Of a DNA stretch of 64,000 nt, positions 1 to 13,901 are shown in pieces; position 1 is the first letter of the stretch, and every line of letters begins with the position of its first letter. The DNA is taken from positions 4,882,352-4,946,351 of the forward strand of contig NC_057750.1 in assembly GCF_004010195.1 (NCBI RefSeq). The letters are read 5' to 3'. The translations under genes were made by a program, and so were the position numbers. The DNA comes from Chiloscyllium plagiosum (lineage: Eukaryota). The notes under the pieces were generated by a model. It was not told the origin of the DNA and made no database searches. It was given only the letters and a program-made list of their open reading frames with translations.

Positions 1-1189
1 CCTCCCATTTATCTCTCAACCTTCGGCTCACAAGCCTCATTCCTGATGAAGGGCTTTTGCCCAAAACATCGATTCTCCTGACCCTCGGATGCTGCCTGAC
101 CTGCTGTGCTTTTCCAGCACCACACTCTCAACCAGATGTGACTGCAGACCCACAGCAATGTGGTTGACTCTCAACTGCCCTCTGGGTAATTAGGGATGAG
201 TAATTAATACTGGCCCAGCCCTCATTCCGTGAATGGGATTCTCGACGGGAGTTATTATTTATCATGACTGGTTTATGTTTTATGCACGTGTGGAAACAAT
301 CTCTCTCTCTCCCCTCAAACCTTCTTTGGAATATTAGGATCTCGATCAAGTCTCTCAAATGACCTCAGTCTCTTCAATACAGAGTGAAAAGAAAATGCAG
401 GAAAGTAAATCTCACAGCGAGATTATAAATCTATGTCGGCAATCACACAAACAATGCTGAGTGGGAAAAGATTGCATTACTGACACTCCCAATATTGACA
501 AAAACTGGCTTCCCTCCAGGGGCTGTGATCAGTGGGTGAGATGGTAAACAGCTCAACCTCACTATTATTCGCCACCATTACTCAACACTAGTTTAATGTA
601 AAGTTCCCCCCTTCAGCATCGGAGGTCAGCTGTTAATTTTAATCGTCTGGCAAGTCTCCAATGTGACTTATCTGTCACCACTTCTGCCTCCCTGCTGCCT
701 CACAGCAACAACCACCTGCATTTTTATGGCACCTTCAATGTAGTAAAACACTCCCGAGATCCCTCACGAGAGGTGGGGTTGATTATTTTATGCACAATTT
801 GACTAAAAGTTTGCGAGCAGTTTGAAGGAGTGTCTTAAACCAGAGGAGAGGTTATTATGAGACAGGATTAGGCCATTCAGCCCATTGAGCCCACTGTAGG
901 AGATTTTTAAAATTTCATTCACAGGATGAGGGCATCACTGGCTAGATCAGTGTTCATTGCCCACTTCAAAGAGCAATTAAGCGTTAACCACTTTGCAGTG
1001 GGTCTGCAGTTACATGTAGGCCAGACCAGGTAAGGATGGCAGATTTCCTTCCCTATCGGACATTATGGGCAACTCAGTGGTTAGCACTGCTGTCTCACAG
1101 TGCCAGGGACCTGGGTTCGATTCCAGCCTCGGGCACCTGTCTGTGTGGAGTTTGCACGTTCTCCTCATGTCTGCTCTGGTTTCCAAAGA

Positions 1190-1714
1190 TGGTCTCTTTC
1201 CTATCGGAAAGATGTTGTGAAACTTGAAAGGGTTCAAAAAGATTTACAAGGATGTGGCCAAGGTTGGAGGGTGTGAGCTATAGGGAGAGGCTTAACAGGC
1301 TGAGGCTGATTTCCCTGGAGCGTTGGAGGCTGAGGGGTGACATTATAGAGGTTTACAAAATTATGAGGGGCATGGATAGGGTAAATAGGCAAAGTCTTTT
1401 CCCTGGGGTCGGGGAGTCTAGAACTAGAGGGCATATGTTTAGGGTGAGAGGGGAAAGATATAAACAAGACCTAAGGAGCAACTTTTTCACACAGAGAGTG
1501 GTACGTGTATGGAATGAGCTGCCAGAGGAAGTGGTGGAGGCTGTTACAATTGCAACATTTAAGAGGCATTTGGATGGGTATATGGATAGGAAGGGTTTGG
1601 AGGGATATGGGCCGGGTGCTGGCAGGTGGGACTAGATTGGGTTGGGATATCTGGTCGACATGGACGGGTTGGACCGAAGGATCTGTTTCCATGCTGTACA
1701 TCTCTATGACTCTA
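1190..1714 (+). mobile_element. CR1 LINE 3' fragment (representative of many: ~2090, 3020, 3520, 6955, 10470, 19715, 21520, 22760, 25050, 49365, 53730, 55810, 61210, 63170)
   Basis: LEGVSYRERLNRL...RLRGDIIEVYKIM...FFTQRVVRVWNELP and a terminal (CTCTATGA)n-like tail. Confidence 0.9.
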
Positions 1715-4700
1715 TGTGGAGGTTAGGTAAATTGGCCATACTTAATTGCCCACAGTGTTTAGGGATGTGTAGGTTAGGTGCATTAGTTGAGGGTAAATAT
1801 AGGACAATAGGGTAGAGGAATGGGTCTGGATGGATTACTCTTCGGAGGGTTGGTGTGGACCTGTTGGGCTGAAGGGCCTGTTTCCACATTGTAGGGAATC
1901 TATAGTGACCCAGAAGGGTTTCACCCCCAACAGTTGATTCATGGTGGTCATTCGACTCATCATTCCAGATTTTTATTGAATTCAGGCAATCAGAACATTA
2001 CCAGGGTCACTGTCCAGTGATAATACCATTAGGCAATCACTGCTTCAATTTGTGGATCATGGATAATCTGATTTTGACCTGGAGGGCGTAGGTTTAATTT
2101 GAGAGGGGAAAGGTTTAAAAGAGACCAGGGGGAACTTTTTCACGCAGAGGGTGGTCCGTGTATGGAATGAGCTGCCCGAGGAAGTGGTGGAGGCTGGTAC
2201 AATTACAATATTTAAAAGGTATCTAGATGGGTATATGAATAGAAAGGGTTTTAGAGGGATATGGGCCAAACGCTGGCAAATGGGCCCAAATCAGTTTAGA
2301 ATGTCTGGTCAGTGTGGACAAGTTAGATCGAAGGGTCTGTTTCCGAGCTGTATAACTCTATGACTGTATAACTCTGTTTTCCTACCTGACCCCTCCACTC
2401 CCCCACAGCTCAAGAGTCTAGCTGTCTGTCGTGGCCTTGAATATATCAAGTGGCCCAGCCCGCTGGGATTACGACGGAGGCCATCCAAATGAAGAATCCT
2501 TCACGATTTCCGTTCTATATGACAGCCTATAGTTTTAGATTATCACTTCAGGAGTGAATTCCAGGCCTGAAGGCTGGGGCAACTGAAGGCAGAGCCATTA
2601 ATGCCTCCTCAAACATAACTTGGTAATGTTCCGACATAAATAAATAAATTAAACTCTTGGTGAAATAAAAAGAATTCAAATGAAGCTACTTCTCCATGGG
2701 TGTGGACAGCAATTGGAATACAATGAAAATCTCATCTATACAAACCCACAGGGTTGGATGTGTGAGTTATTGTAAAAACAATCCACTCAATCCAGCTCAA
2801 AACAGAATAGAAGGTGAGTATAACTCTGTACCGATCATTCAGCAACTCCCAAAACAGCTCAAAGATGATAAATATAAATGAGATATGCTGGTGAAAGAAT
2901 GTTCCAGCACGAATAAACACAGGGAGCAGTTGATGATAGAACTCCCTGGTGTCACAATCACGGAGTGAAACCATAGCGAAGGAACAATGACAGATCAGCG
3001 GCCTCACTTCAGGGTTTAGTCAGAGTCATACAGCATGGAAACTGACCCTTTGGTCCAACCAGTCCATACCGACCATAATCCCAAACTAAACTTGTCCCAC
3101 CTGTCTGCTCCTGGTCCATATCCCTCCAAACCTTTCCTATCCATGTCATTATCCAAATGTCTTTTAAATGTAATTGTACCCACATCCACCACTTCCTCTG
3201 GAAGTTTATTCTACACAAGAACCACTCTCTCTGTAAGAACGTTGCCCCCAATGTCCTTTTTAAAACTTGCTCCTCTCAATGAAAAATATACCCCAATTTT
3301 TAAACTTCCAGTCCCTTCGGTCTCCACCATTCCCCAAACCCCAGGAACTGGAGATTAATCTCCAGAAGCTTTTTGCTGAGCAAATCCTGGGGAGAATGAT
3401 CACAGCTGGGGAGTTAGAAAACAAAATTATAAAATCTCTATCGTGTGAAATCAGGCCATTTGGCCCATTGAGTCTCCGCCAACCCCTTGGAACAGCATCC
3501 CATCCAAACCTAACCCATACATAGAGTCATAGAGATGTACAGCATGGAAACAGACCCTTCGGTCCAACCCATCCATGCCGACCAGATATTCCAACCCAAT
3601 CTAGTCCCACCTACCAGCATCCGGCCCATATCCCTCCAAACCCTTCCTATTCATATACCCATCTAGATGCCTCCACCATTTCCTCTGGCAGCTCATTCCA
3701 TACACGCACCACCCTCTGTGTGAAAAAGTTGCCCCTTAGGTCTCTTTTATAGCCACTTTTATAGCTATTCAACCTCTCCCTATAGCTCAAATCCTCTGAC
3801 CCTGGCAACATCCTTGTAAATCTTTTCTGAACCCTTTCAAGTTTCACAGCATCTTTCCGATAGGAAGGAGACCAGAATTGCACACAATATTCCAACAGTG
3901 GCCTAACCAATGTCCTGTACAGCCGCAACATGACCTCCCAACTCCTGTACTCAATACTCTGACCATTTAAGGAAAGCATACCAAACGCCTTCTTCACTAT
4001 CCTATCTACCTGCGACTCCACTTTCAAGAAGCTATGAACCTCAACTCCAAGGTCTCTTTGTTCAGCAACACTCCTGAGGACCTTACCATTAAGTATATAA
4101 GTCCTGCTAAGATTTGCACATCCCTGAACAATATGGGCCAATTTAGCATGGCCAATCCACCTTAACCTGCACATCTTTGGAGTAAGGAAGGAAACCCACG
4201 CAGACATAGGGAGAACGGACAAACTCCACACAGACAGTCACCCGAGGCTGGAATCAAACCTGGGTCCCTAACGCTATGAGGCAACAGTGCTGACCACTGA
4301 GCGATCATGCCACAAATCATGAGGTTTATTTTCTCTTATTGCTCGTTTTGCACATTAGTAACAATTTAGAACAGGGTGGGTGGAATGAAAAGATATTTGA
4401 CAGTTTGGTGATGAGATTAAACCAGCAGGGGTGGGCAATGCCAGTTGATGTTCAAGACCATAAGATGAAGGAGTGGAAGCAAGGCCATTTGGCCCATCGA
4501 GGCAGCCCTGCCACTCAATAAAATCATGGCTGATCTGATAATCCTCAAACCCACTTTCTTTTCCCCATAACCCTTGATTCCCTTGCTGATTAAAAATCCA
4601 TCCATCTCAGCCAACTGCTGTTAAAACAGCCGCCTGACAAATGAACTTTTAACTGCTATACAAAACAAAGTTGTTTCCTTTCATATCTGGGAGCTTCAGC

Positions 4701-5211
4701 CTTCTGCAGTAAAGACTTTTACAGATTCACTCCCCTCATTGCACCCTAAATTGGCCCATAGATTGGGTTGGGATATCTGGTCAGCATGGATAATTGGACC
4801 AAAGAGTCTGTTTCCATGCTGTACATCTCTATGACTCTATGTATGGGTTAGGTTTGGATGGGATGCAGTTCCAAAGGGTTGGTGGAGACTCAATGGGCCA
4901 AATGGCCTGATTTCACACGGTAGGGATTCACAGCGCCAGGGACTCAGGTTTGATTCCAGCCTCGGGTGACTGTGTGGAGTTCGCACATTCTCCCCATGTC
5001 TGCATGGGTTTCCTCCAGGTGCTCTGGTTTCCTCCCACAGTCCAAAGCTGTGTAGGTTAGGGTGAATTGGCCATGCTAAATTGCCCCATAGTGTTCAGGT
5101 TTGTGTAGGTTAGGTTCATTAGTTAGGGGTCAATAGCGAGTTTTGAGAAGGTTTGTAGCTCAGGTTGAGGTTTTGGATGTAGGTTTGCTCACTGAGCTGC
5201 AAGGTTCATTT

Positions 5212-5251
5212 CCAGACATTTCGTTACTCAACTAGGTAACATCTTCAGTGG
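5212..5251 (-). ncRNA. Minimal hammerhead ribozyme motif (fourth variant)
   Basis: CCA-CTGAAGA-T-GTTAC ctagttga GTAAC-GAAA-TGTC-TGG on the - strand. TGTC is probably CpG decay of CGTC. Confidence 0.6.
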
Positions 5252-6362
5252 GCCTCAGGCGAAGCAATGCTGAAAATTCCTGCTTTCTATTTATATCTTT
5301 GGGTTGGTGATGTCAGTTCCTGGGGTGATGTTATTTTCTGTGGTGAAGTCACTTCCTGTTTCTTATTCTTAGGGGATGGTAGATGGGGTCAATGTAGAGC
5401 ATTTGGGGAGGGGTTTAGGTTTGGGTGGGATACTCTTTGAAGGGTCGGTGTGTACTTGTTGGGATGAAGGGCCTGTTTGCACACTGTAGGGATTCTATGA
5501 CTTTATCTCTGTGCGATCCCTTATTCTGAGAGGGTATCCCTCTGGCTGTAGACTCTCCCACAAAGGGAAACAACCTGTCCATACCTCTCCCTGTCAAAGC
5601 TGCTAAGAATGCTGAACCTTGAACTACAGGGCTCAGTATCCTTGCTTTCAACAGCAGTTTCTGTCATGACATGAGCTTCATTTCAGCTGAACCAATCCAT
5701 TTTCACCCCCTTCTGATCCCCATTTTCAGCTTTTCTCCTTCCCAGTCCTCTGTCTATCTGTCAGGGCTCCATCTCTCCCCACCCACTTATTCCTCCCCCA
5801 CCCCCATCGCCAGCCCGTAGACCAACTTTCCCGAGCTGCAATCATTTCTAAGGGTCACTGGGTTCGAAACGTTCACTCTGTTTCTCTCTCCACAGATGCT
5901 GCCAGACCTGCTGAGTTTCTCCAGCCATTTCTGTCTTTGTTTCAGGCCTTCAGTATCTGCAGTTCTTTGTTTTATTGAAAGACTGAGGGCCAGTGTTTGT
6001 GGGGTGCTCGCTGCACAGAGATGATCTTTCACATTCTTTCCGTTAGACCCATGGAAACGCATTTCATGACCTGAGGAACATACCTGCTTTAATGAAAAGC
6101 CTGATCAACATGATTTGGAGATGCCGGTGTTGGACTGGGGTGGACAAAGTTTAAAATCACACAACACCAGGTTATAATCCAACAGGTTTAATTAGAAGCA
6201 CTAGCTTTTGGAGTGGTGTTCCTTCTTGTCCTGATCAATGCAAGCTCTTTCTTTTCACTGACCTTCAGCCCTACTCTCTGGAACACTCTTTAGTAAAACT
6301 ATTCCCCTCTGTTGTTCTCCCACCAACTTGAGAAAGGTTCTCCTTTCCCAGCAAGCGCTCAC

Positions 6363-6519
6363 TGAGTCTGTGGCTTGGCAGTAAATCCTTGGCAACATTC
6401 CCATTGGATATTTTCCAACAATGAAGCACCTCCAGGTATTTTGCTCATTAAAAGCAGTCTCTTCAATACACGGTACTGCCTCTCATTAGATGCAGGTGTG
6501 CCCTCAATGAAAGCATCTT
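6363..6519 (-). other. Candidate isolated coding exon of an unidentified minus-strand gene
   Basis: CTAATTCTTTTCACAG acceptor, 157 nt open in one frame (DAFIEGTPASNERQYRVLKRLLLMSKIPGGASLLENIQWECCQGFTAKPQT), donor CA|GTGAGC. No family recognised. Confidence 0.3.
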
Positions 6520-7374
6520 CTGTGAAAAGAATTAGATCAGCGTGTTTTTCAAGGCGTGAGAGATCGGTTTCCTGATTACCCAGCTTTCTTTCCTTGCAGC
6601 TATGGGTGTCTCACTGTTTGCTCGCCAGCATCTTGTTTGTTTGGTGGTTTGGGGAGGTATGTGCTAATAGAACTTTCGAGAACCTGAAGTTCACGACAAG
6701 TGACCAGAATCAAAGAGGTTTATTTGAAAGCACTAGCTTTCGGAATGCTGGTCCTTCATCAGGTAGCTGTGGAACAGGACCATAAGACACAGAATTTATA
6801 GCAAAGGGTTACAGTGTCGTGCAGCTGAAATAGACAGTAACCTGGTGTTTTGTGATTTTTAATTTTGTCCACCCCCGACCAACCCCGGCTCCTCCACTTC
6901 AGAATCAAAGTCTCAACTTTCAGAATTGCCAGTGTCCACTCCCTCCATTGTCACAGAGTCATAGAGCTGTACAGCATGGAAACAGACCCTTTGGTCCAAC
7001 TTGTCCATGCCGACCAGATATCCCAACCTAATCTAGTCCCATTTGCCAGCACTTGGCCCATATCCCTCCAAACCCTTCCTATTCATATACCCATCCAGGT
7101 GCCTTTTAAATGTTGTAATTGTACCAGCCTCCACCACTTCCTCTGGCACCTAATTCCATACACGTACCACCCTCTGTGTGAAAAAGTTGCCCCTTAGGTC
7201 CCTTTTAGATCTTTCCTTTCTCAACCTAAACCTATTCCCTCTAGTTCTGGACTCCCACACCCCAGGGAAAAGACCTTGTCTATTTATCCTCTCCATGCCC
7301 CTCATGATTTTATAAACCTCTATAAGGTCACCCCTCAGCCTCTGACACTCCGGGAAAACAGCCCAGCCTATTAG

Positions 7375-8460
7375 TACTAGAAAAGGGCAGGAGTAACTCT
7401 AGAAGACTGGAGCATAGCAAATGTGGTTCCCCTGTTTGAGAAGGGGAGTAGAGACAACCCTGGAAATTATAGACCAGTGAGCCTTACTTCAGTTGTCGGT
7501 AAAGTGTTGGAAAAGGTTATAAGAGAGAGGATTTATAATCATCTCAATAGGAATAAATTGATTAGGGACAGTCAGCACCTTTTTGCGAAGGGTAGATCGT
7601 GCCTCACAAACCTTATTGAGTTCTTTGAGAAGGTGACCAAACAGGTGGATGAGGGTAAAGCCATTGATGTGGTGTATATGGATTTCAGTAAGGTGTTTGA
7701 TAAGGTTCCCCACGGTAGGCTATTGCACAAAATACAGAGGCATGCGATTGAGGGTGATTTAGTGGTTTGGATCAGAAATTGGCTAGCTGAAAGAAGACAG
7801 AGGATGGTGGTTGATGGGAAATGTTCATCCTGGAGCTCAGTTACCAGTGGTGGACCGCAAGAATCTGTTTTGGGTCCACTGCTGTTTGTCATTTTTATAA
7901 ACGACCTGGATGATGGCGTAGAAGGGTGGGTTAGTCCATTTCCAGATGACACTAAGGTCAGTACAGTTGTGGATAGTGCTGAAGGATGTTGTAGTTGCAG
8001 AGGGACACAGAGAAGCTGCAGAGCTGGGCTGAGAGGTGGCAAATGGAATTTAATGCAGAGAAGTGTGAGGTGATTCACTTTGGAAGGAGTAACAGGAATA
8101 CAGTGTACTGGGCTAATGGTAAGATTCTTGGTAGTGGAGATGAACAGAGAGATCTCAGTATCCATGTACATAGATCCCTCAAAGTTGCCACCCATGTTGA
8201 TAGGGCTGTTAAGAAGGCATATGGTGTTTTAGCTTTTATTGGTAGAGGGATTGAGTTTTGGAACCACGAGGTCATGCTGCAGCTGTACAAAACTCTGGTG
8301 CGGCCGCACTTGGAGTATTGTGTGCAGTTCTGGTCACCACATTATAGGAAGGATGTGGAAGCATTGGAAAAGGTTCAGAGGATTTACTAGGATGTTCCCT
8401 GGTATGGAAGGAAAGTCTTATGAGGAAAGATTGTGTGACGTGAGGCTGCTTTCGTTAGAA
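7375..8460 (+). mobile_element. CR1-type LINE ORF2 reverse transcriptase fragment (degenerate)
   Basis: PLFEKGSRDNPGNYRPVSLTS, YMDFSKVFDKVPH, SVLGPLLF, FPDDTK, LVRPHLEYCVQFWSP, with frameshifts. Confidence 0.93.
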
Positions 8461-10035
8461 AGACCAATAAAGGAAAGCATACCAAACATCATTTTCACTT
8501 TCCAATCTACTTTCGACTCTATTTTCAAGGAGCTATGAACCTGCACTCCAAAGTCTCTTTGTTCAGCAGCACTCCCTAGGACTTTACCATTAAGTGTATA
8601 AGTCATGCAGTGTCTCGCATTTATCTAAATTAAATTCCATCTGCCACTTCTCAGCCCATTGACCCAAATGATCAAGATCCCGTTGTAATCTGAGGTAACC
8701 CTCTTCGCTGTCCACTACATCTCCAATTTTGGTGTCATCTGCAAACTTACTAACTATACCTCTTATGCTCACATCCAAATCATTTATATAAATGACAAAA
8801 AGTAGTGGACCTAGCACTGATCCTTGTGGCACTCCACTGGTCACAGGCCTCCAGACTGAAACACAACCCTCTACCACCACCCTCTGTCTTCTACCTTTGA
8901 GCCAGTTTTGTATCAAATGGCTAGTTCTCCCTGTATTCCATGAGATCTAACCTTGCTAACCAGTCTCCCATGGGGAACCTGGTCGAACGCCCATCTGAAG
9001 TCCATATGGATCACATCTACTGTTCTATCCTCATCAATCCTCTTAGTTATTTCTTCAAAAAACTCAACCAAGTTTGTGAGACCTGATTTCCCATGCATGT
9101 TGACTATCCCTAATCAGTCCTTTCCTTTCCAAATACATGTACATCCTATCCCTCAGGATTCCCTCCAACAACTTGCCCACCACTGACATCAGGCTCACTT
9201 GTCTATAGTTCCCTGGCCTATCCTTACCACCCTTCTTAAACAGTGGCATCAGGTTAGCCAACCTCCAGTCTTCTGGCACCTCACCTGTGACTATCGATGA
9301 TACAAATATCTCAGCAAGAGGCCCAGCAATCACTTTTCTAGCTTCTCACAGAGTTCTAGGGTACATCTGATCAGGTCCTGGGGATTTATCCTTTTTTTTG
9401 CATTTCAAGACATCCAGCACTTCCTCCTCTGTAATATGGACATTTTTCAAGATGTCATCATCTATTTTCCCACATTCTATATCTTCCATGTGCTTCTCCA
9501 CAATAAACACTGATGCAATATACTCGTTTAGTATCTCCCCCATCTCCTCCGGCTTCACATAAAAGCTGCCTTGCTGATCTTTGAGGGGCCCTATTCTCTC
9601 CCTAGTTACCCTTTTGCCCTTAATGTATTTGTAAAAATCCTTTGGATTCTCCTTAACCCTATTTGCCAAAGTTATTTCATGTCCCCTTTTTGCCCTCGTG
9701 ATTTCCCTCTTTATACTTTTCTAAGGATCCAATCGATCTATCCTGTCTATACCTGACATTGTTTCCTTCTTTTTCTTAACCAAACCCTCACTTTCTCTGG
9801 TTATCCAGCATTCCCTACACCTACCAGTCTTTCCTTTCATCCTGACAGGAATACTGTATACTGTCTTGGGACTCTCATTTCTGAAGGCTTTCCATTTTCC
9901 AGCTGTCCCTTTACCTGCAAACAGCTGCGCCCAATCAGCTTTTGAAAGTACTTGCAGAAAACCGTCAAAATTGGCCTTCCTCCAATTTAGAACTTCAGCT
10001 TTCAGATCTGGTCTATCCTTTCCCATCACAATTTT
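8461..10035 (-). mobile_element. CR1-type LINE ORF2 fragment (degenerate)
   Basis: GVPQGSVLGPLLF, KFADDTK and KSPGPD motifs in - strand ORFs. Confidence 0.93.
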
Positions 10036-11384
10036 TCCTTAATCAAACCAGTCCCATTTGCCTGTGTTTAGCCCAAATCCCTCTCAACATTTCCTATCCA
10101 CGTACCTGTCCAAATGTCTTTTAAACATTGTAACTGTATCACTTCCTCTGACAGTCCATTCCAAACCCACGGCCACCTCCATCTAGAAGGACAAGGGCAG
10201 CAGATACGTGGGAACACCACCCCCTGCAAGTTCCCCTCCACTCACCATCCTGACTGTGGAAATATATCACTGATTCTTCAGTGTCTCTGGATCAGAATCC
10301 TGGAATTCCCTCCCTAAGGGCATTGTGGGTCAACCCACAGCACATGGACTGCAGCAGCTCAAGAAGGCAGCTCACCCCCACCTTCTCAAGGCGCAATTAG
10401 GGATGGGTAATAAATGCTGGGCCCAGCCAGCAATGCCCACATCTCACCAAATGAATACATTTTTTAAAATATGCGCCACCCTCTGTGTGAAACAGTTGCC
10501 TCTCAGGTCCCTTCTAAATCTTTCCGCTCGCACCTTAAACCTATGCCCTCTAGTTTTGGAGTCACCTCTCCTAGGGAAAAGACCTTGGCTATCCATGCCC
10601 CTCATGATTTTATAAACCTTTATAAGGTCACCCCTCAGCCTCCTATGCTCCAGGTTAAATGTCCCAGCCTATCCAGCCTCTCTGTGTAACTCAAACCCTC
10701 CACTTTTGGTAACATCCTTGTAAATCATTGTTGAATCCTTTCCAGTTTACTAACATCCTCCCTGTACCGGGGAAACCAGAATAGTATGCAGCACTCCAAA
10801 TGTGGCCTCACCAATATCTCTTACAGCTGTAACATGACGTCCCAGTACCTGTACTCAATGCTGACCAACCAAAGCAAGCAAGCCAACTGCCTTCTTCACA
10901 TGTGGATCAGTGACGCCACACTCAAGGAACTCCGTACTGCATCCCTAGAGTTCGATCACACTCTGTAGGGCCTTACCATTTGTTGTATAAGTCCTGCCCT
11001 GATCTGCCTTACGAAAATGCAACACCTTATAGTTATCTATAATTAAGCTCTATTTGCCATTCCTTGGCCCACTGGCCCAGTTGATCAAGGTCTCATTGTA
11101 CTCTGAGATAATCCTCTTCACTGTCCACTAGAGCCATAGAGATGAACAACATGGAAACAGACCCCTCAGTCCCACACATCCATGCCGACCAGTTATCCTT
11201 ACCTAATTGAGTCCAATTTGCCAGCACTTGTATGGGTGGTAGGGTAGCTCAGTAATTAGCACTACAGCCTCACAGCATCAGGGACCGGGTTCGATTCCAG
11301 CCTTGGTTGACTGTCTGTCTGGAGTTTTCACATTCTCCCCGTGTCTGCGTGGGTTTGTTCCAGTTTTCACCCACAGTCCAAAGT

Positions 11385-11775
11385 GTGCAGGTTAGGGTGG
11401 ATTGGCCGTGCTAAATTGTCCCATGGTGTCCAGGGATGTGCAGGTTAGGGTGGATTGGCCATACTAAATTGTCCCATAGTGCCCCAGGGATGTGCAGGTT
11501 AGGGTGCATTGGCCATGCTAAATTGTCCCATAATGTCCAGGGATGTGCAGGTTAGGGTGGATTGGCCATGCTAAATTGTCCTATAGTGCCCAGGGATGTG
11601 CAGGTTAGGGTGCATTGGTCATGCTAAATTGTCCCATAGTGTCCAGGGATGTGCAGGTTAAGGTGGATTGGCCATGCTAAATTGCCCATTAGTGTTCAGG
11701 GATGTGCAGGTTAGAGTGCATTGGCCATGCTGAATTGTCCCATAGTGTTCAGGGATGTGTAGGTTACTTGCATTA
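11385..11775 (+). repeat. 53-bp tandem array (~7 copies) inside a SINE
   Basis: Unit GTGCAGGTTAGGGTGGATTGGCCATGCTAAATTGTCCCATAGTGTCCAGGGAT. Confidence 0.92.
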
Positions 11776-12360
11776 GTCAGGGGTAAATGTAGAGTAATAG
11801 GGTAGGGGAATGGGTCTGGGTGGGTTATTCTTCAGAGGGTCAGTGTGGACTTGTTGGGCAGAAGGGCCTGTTTCCACATTAGGCATTCTAGGATTTCTAC
11901 ACCACCTCTTTTGCTGTCATCAACAAACTTACTAACCATTCCTCCTTTATTCAAATCCTTTATTCCTGATGAAGGGCTTTTGCCCGAAACATCGATTTTA
12001 CTGGTCCTCGGATGCTGCCTGAACTGCTGTGCTCTTCCAGCACCACTAATCCAGAATCCAAATCATAGTTGGGTTGTTACTATTTCAAGGGATGGAGGTG
12101 AAGACCAGCCTTTGCTGCCTGGAGTGATTGGAACAATGTCGGCCTGTTGGACTTTGTTGAATATAAGTTCCCTGATTGGGGCTGTTAACCTGGTCCAATC
12201 AGGGAGTCCTGGCTGACAGAGAGAAACAGGAGTGTAGCCGACTGCCTGTCCCTCTTCCATGGTTACGTTAGAGCCCGGGTGTCTCTGGAGAAGGAGCACG
12301 CGGTATCTACCGACACCCTGAAGTTATTCAGGGAGAGGTGGGCGCCACAGGGAGTGGAGT

Positions 12361-12968
12361 GAGACTGGGTGCCTCCTAGCAGAGCGCTTTAGGGAACATC
12401 TCTGGGACACCCGCACCAATCAACCAAACCGCCCCATGGCCCAACATTTCAACTCCCCCTCCGACTCTGCCAAGGACATGGAGGTCCTGGGCCTCCTTCA
12501 CCGCCGCTCCCTCACCACCAGACGCCTGGAGGAAGAACGCCTCATCTTCCGCCTCGGAACACTTCAACCCCAGGGCATCAATGTGACTTCAACAGCTTCC
12601 TCATTTCCCCTTCCCCACCTCATCCTAGTTTCAAACTTCCAGCCCGCACTGTCCCCTTGACCTGTCCGGACTTGTCCGACCTGCCCAGCTCCTTTTCCAC
12701 CTATCCACTCCACCCTCTCCTCCCTGACCTATCACCTTCATCCCCTCCCCCATCACCTATTGTACTCTATGCTACTTTCTCCCCACCCCCACCCTCCTCT
12801 AGCTTATCTCTCCACGCTTCAGGCTCTCTGCCTTTATTCCTGATGAAGGGCTTTTGCCCGAAACGTCGATTTTGCTGCTCGTCGGATGCTGCCTGAACTG
12901 CTGTGCTCTTCCAGCACCACTGATCCAGAATCTGGTTTCCAGCATCTACAGTCATTGTTTTTACCTCG
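12361..12968 (+). mobile_element. Penelope-like element 3' fragment (GIY-YIG endonuclease C-terminus, hammerhead, tail)
   Basis: Translation ETGCLLAERFREHL...AQHFNSPS...RRLEEERLIFRLGTLQPQGIN is typical of PLE GIY-YIG domains. A hammerhead core lies at 12840-12867. Confidence 0.85.
12836..12871 (+). ncRNA. Minimal hammerhead ribozyme motif (PLE-associated)
   Basis: CTGATGA-A-GGGC tttt GCCC-GAAA-CGTC, with a palindromic ACGT in place of helix III. Confidence 0.75.
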
Positions 12969-13901
12969 TATTATTTCCCCCTCCAACTCTATTTTGATTT
13001 AATCCCTGGCCTCTCCTTCACTGTTTTGATCACACAGCACTGCCCTTTGTTGTGAAGGGCAGTGTTTGTCACTGGCCACCCGGGTGTTTTCCTATCTTCC
13101 TGGTGGTGGAAATTGAATAAAGATTCGTGCACTTTGTGTCTTTCACTGTGTCTCACATCTGCACACACATACAAAAAAAAATAACCAGGAGGAAAAAAAA
13201 AGAAACAGGAGTGTAGCCGACTGCCTGTCCCTCTTCCATGGTTACGTTAGAGCCCGGGTGTCTCTGGAGAAGGACCACGCGGTATCTCCCGACACCCTGG
13301 AGTTATTCAGGGAGAGGTGGGCGCCACAGGGAGTGGAGTGTATTATTTCCCCCTCCAACTCTATTTTGATTTAATCCCTACCCTCCCCTTCACTGTTTGA
13401 TCACACAGCATTGCCCTTTGAGAAGGGCACTGCTTGTCACTGGCCACTCGGGTGTTTCCTTTCTTCCTGGTGGTGGAAAATGAATAAAGATTTACACACT
13501 TGTTTTAAAAAAAAAGCAGGAGTGTCAGGGCTTCTGTTCACTCCAGGGGCTGGTTTTGAGCGAGCTGGGTCAGTGGCATGTACTATGCATGTGTAAACAA
13601 AAGGTGACTTGGTGATGGGATACCAGCCTTTGAGGAGGTATTTCACTTCCCGTCCCTAATTGCCCTCACACAGTTGCTCAGCCATTTCAGAGGACAGTTA
13701 ACAGTCAATCAGATTTGCTGTAGATCTGGGGTCACATGTAGGCCCCAACTGGGTTAGGACAGGAAACCTTCCTCCATAAAGTGACATCAATGACCCAGAT
13801 GGGTTTTCACAGTTGACAACAGTTTATCACCGAGACTAGCTTTCAATTGCACGCCTTAGGAATTGAGTAACTGGTTTGGTAACATTCCCCCATTAAAAGC
13901 C

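Larger units (their letters stand above)
12236..13515 (+). mobile_element. Two tandem Tx1-like 3' ends (first one interrupted by the Penelope-like fragment), inserted in an LTR-like host repeat
   Basis: ADCLSLFHGYVRARVSLEK.HAVS.DTL.LFRERWAPQGVECII occurs twice. Each copy has AATAAA and an A-tail. AA(A/G)CAGGAGTGT is repeated at ~12225, ~13203 and ~13513. Confidence 0.7.

Noticed and set aside
322..373. Possible minus-strand mini-exon (RLRSFERLDRDPNIPKE) and a 16-nt match to the 6363-6519 candidate exon
   Set aside because: Weak donor (GTTTGA). A single short match is compatible with chance.
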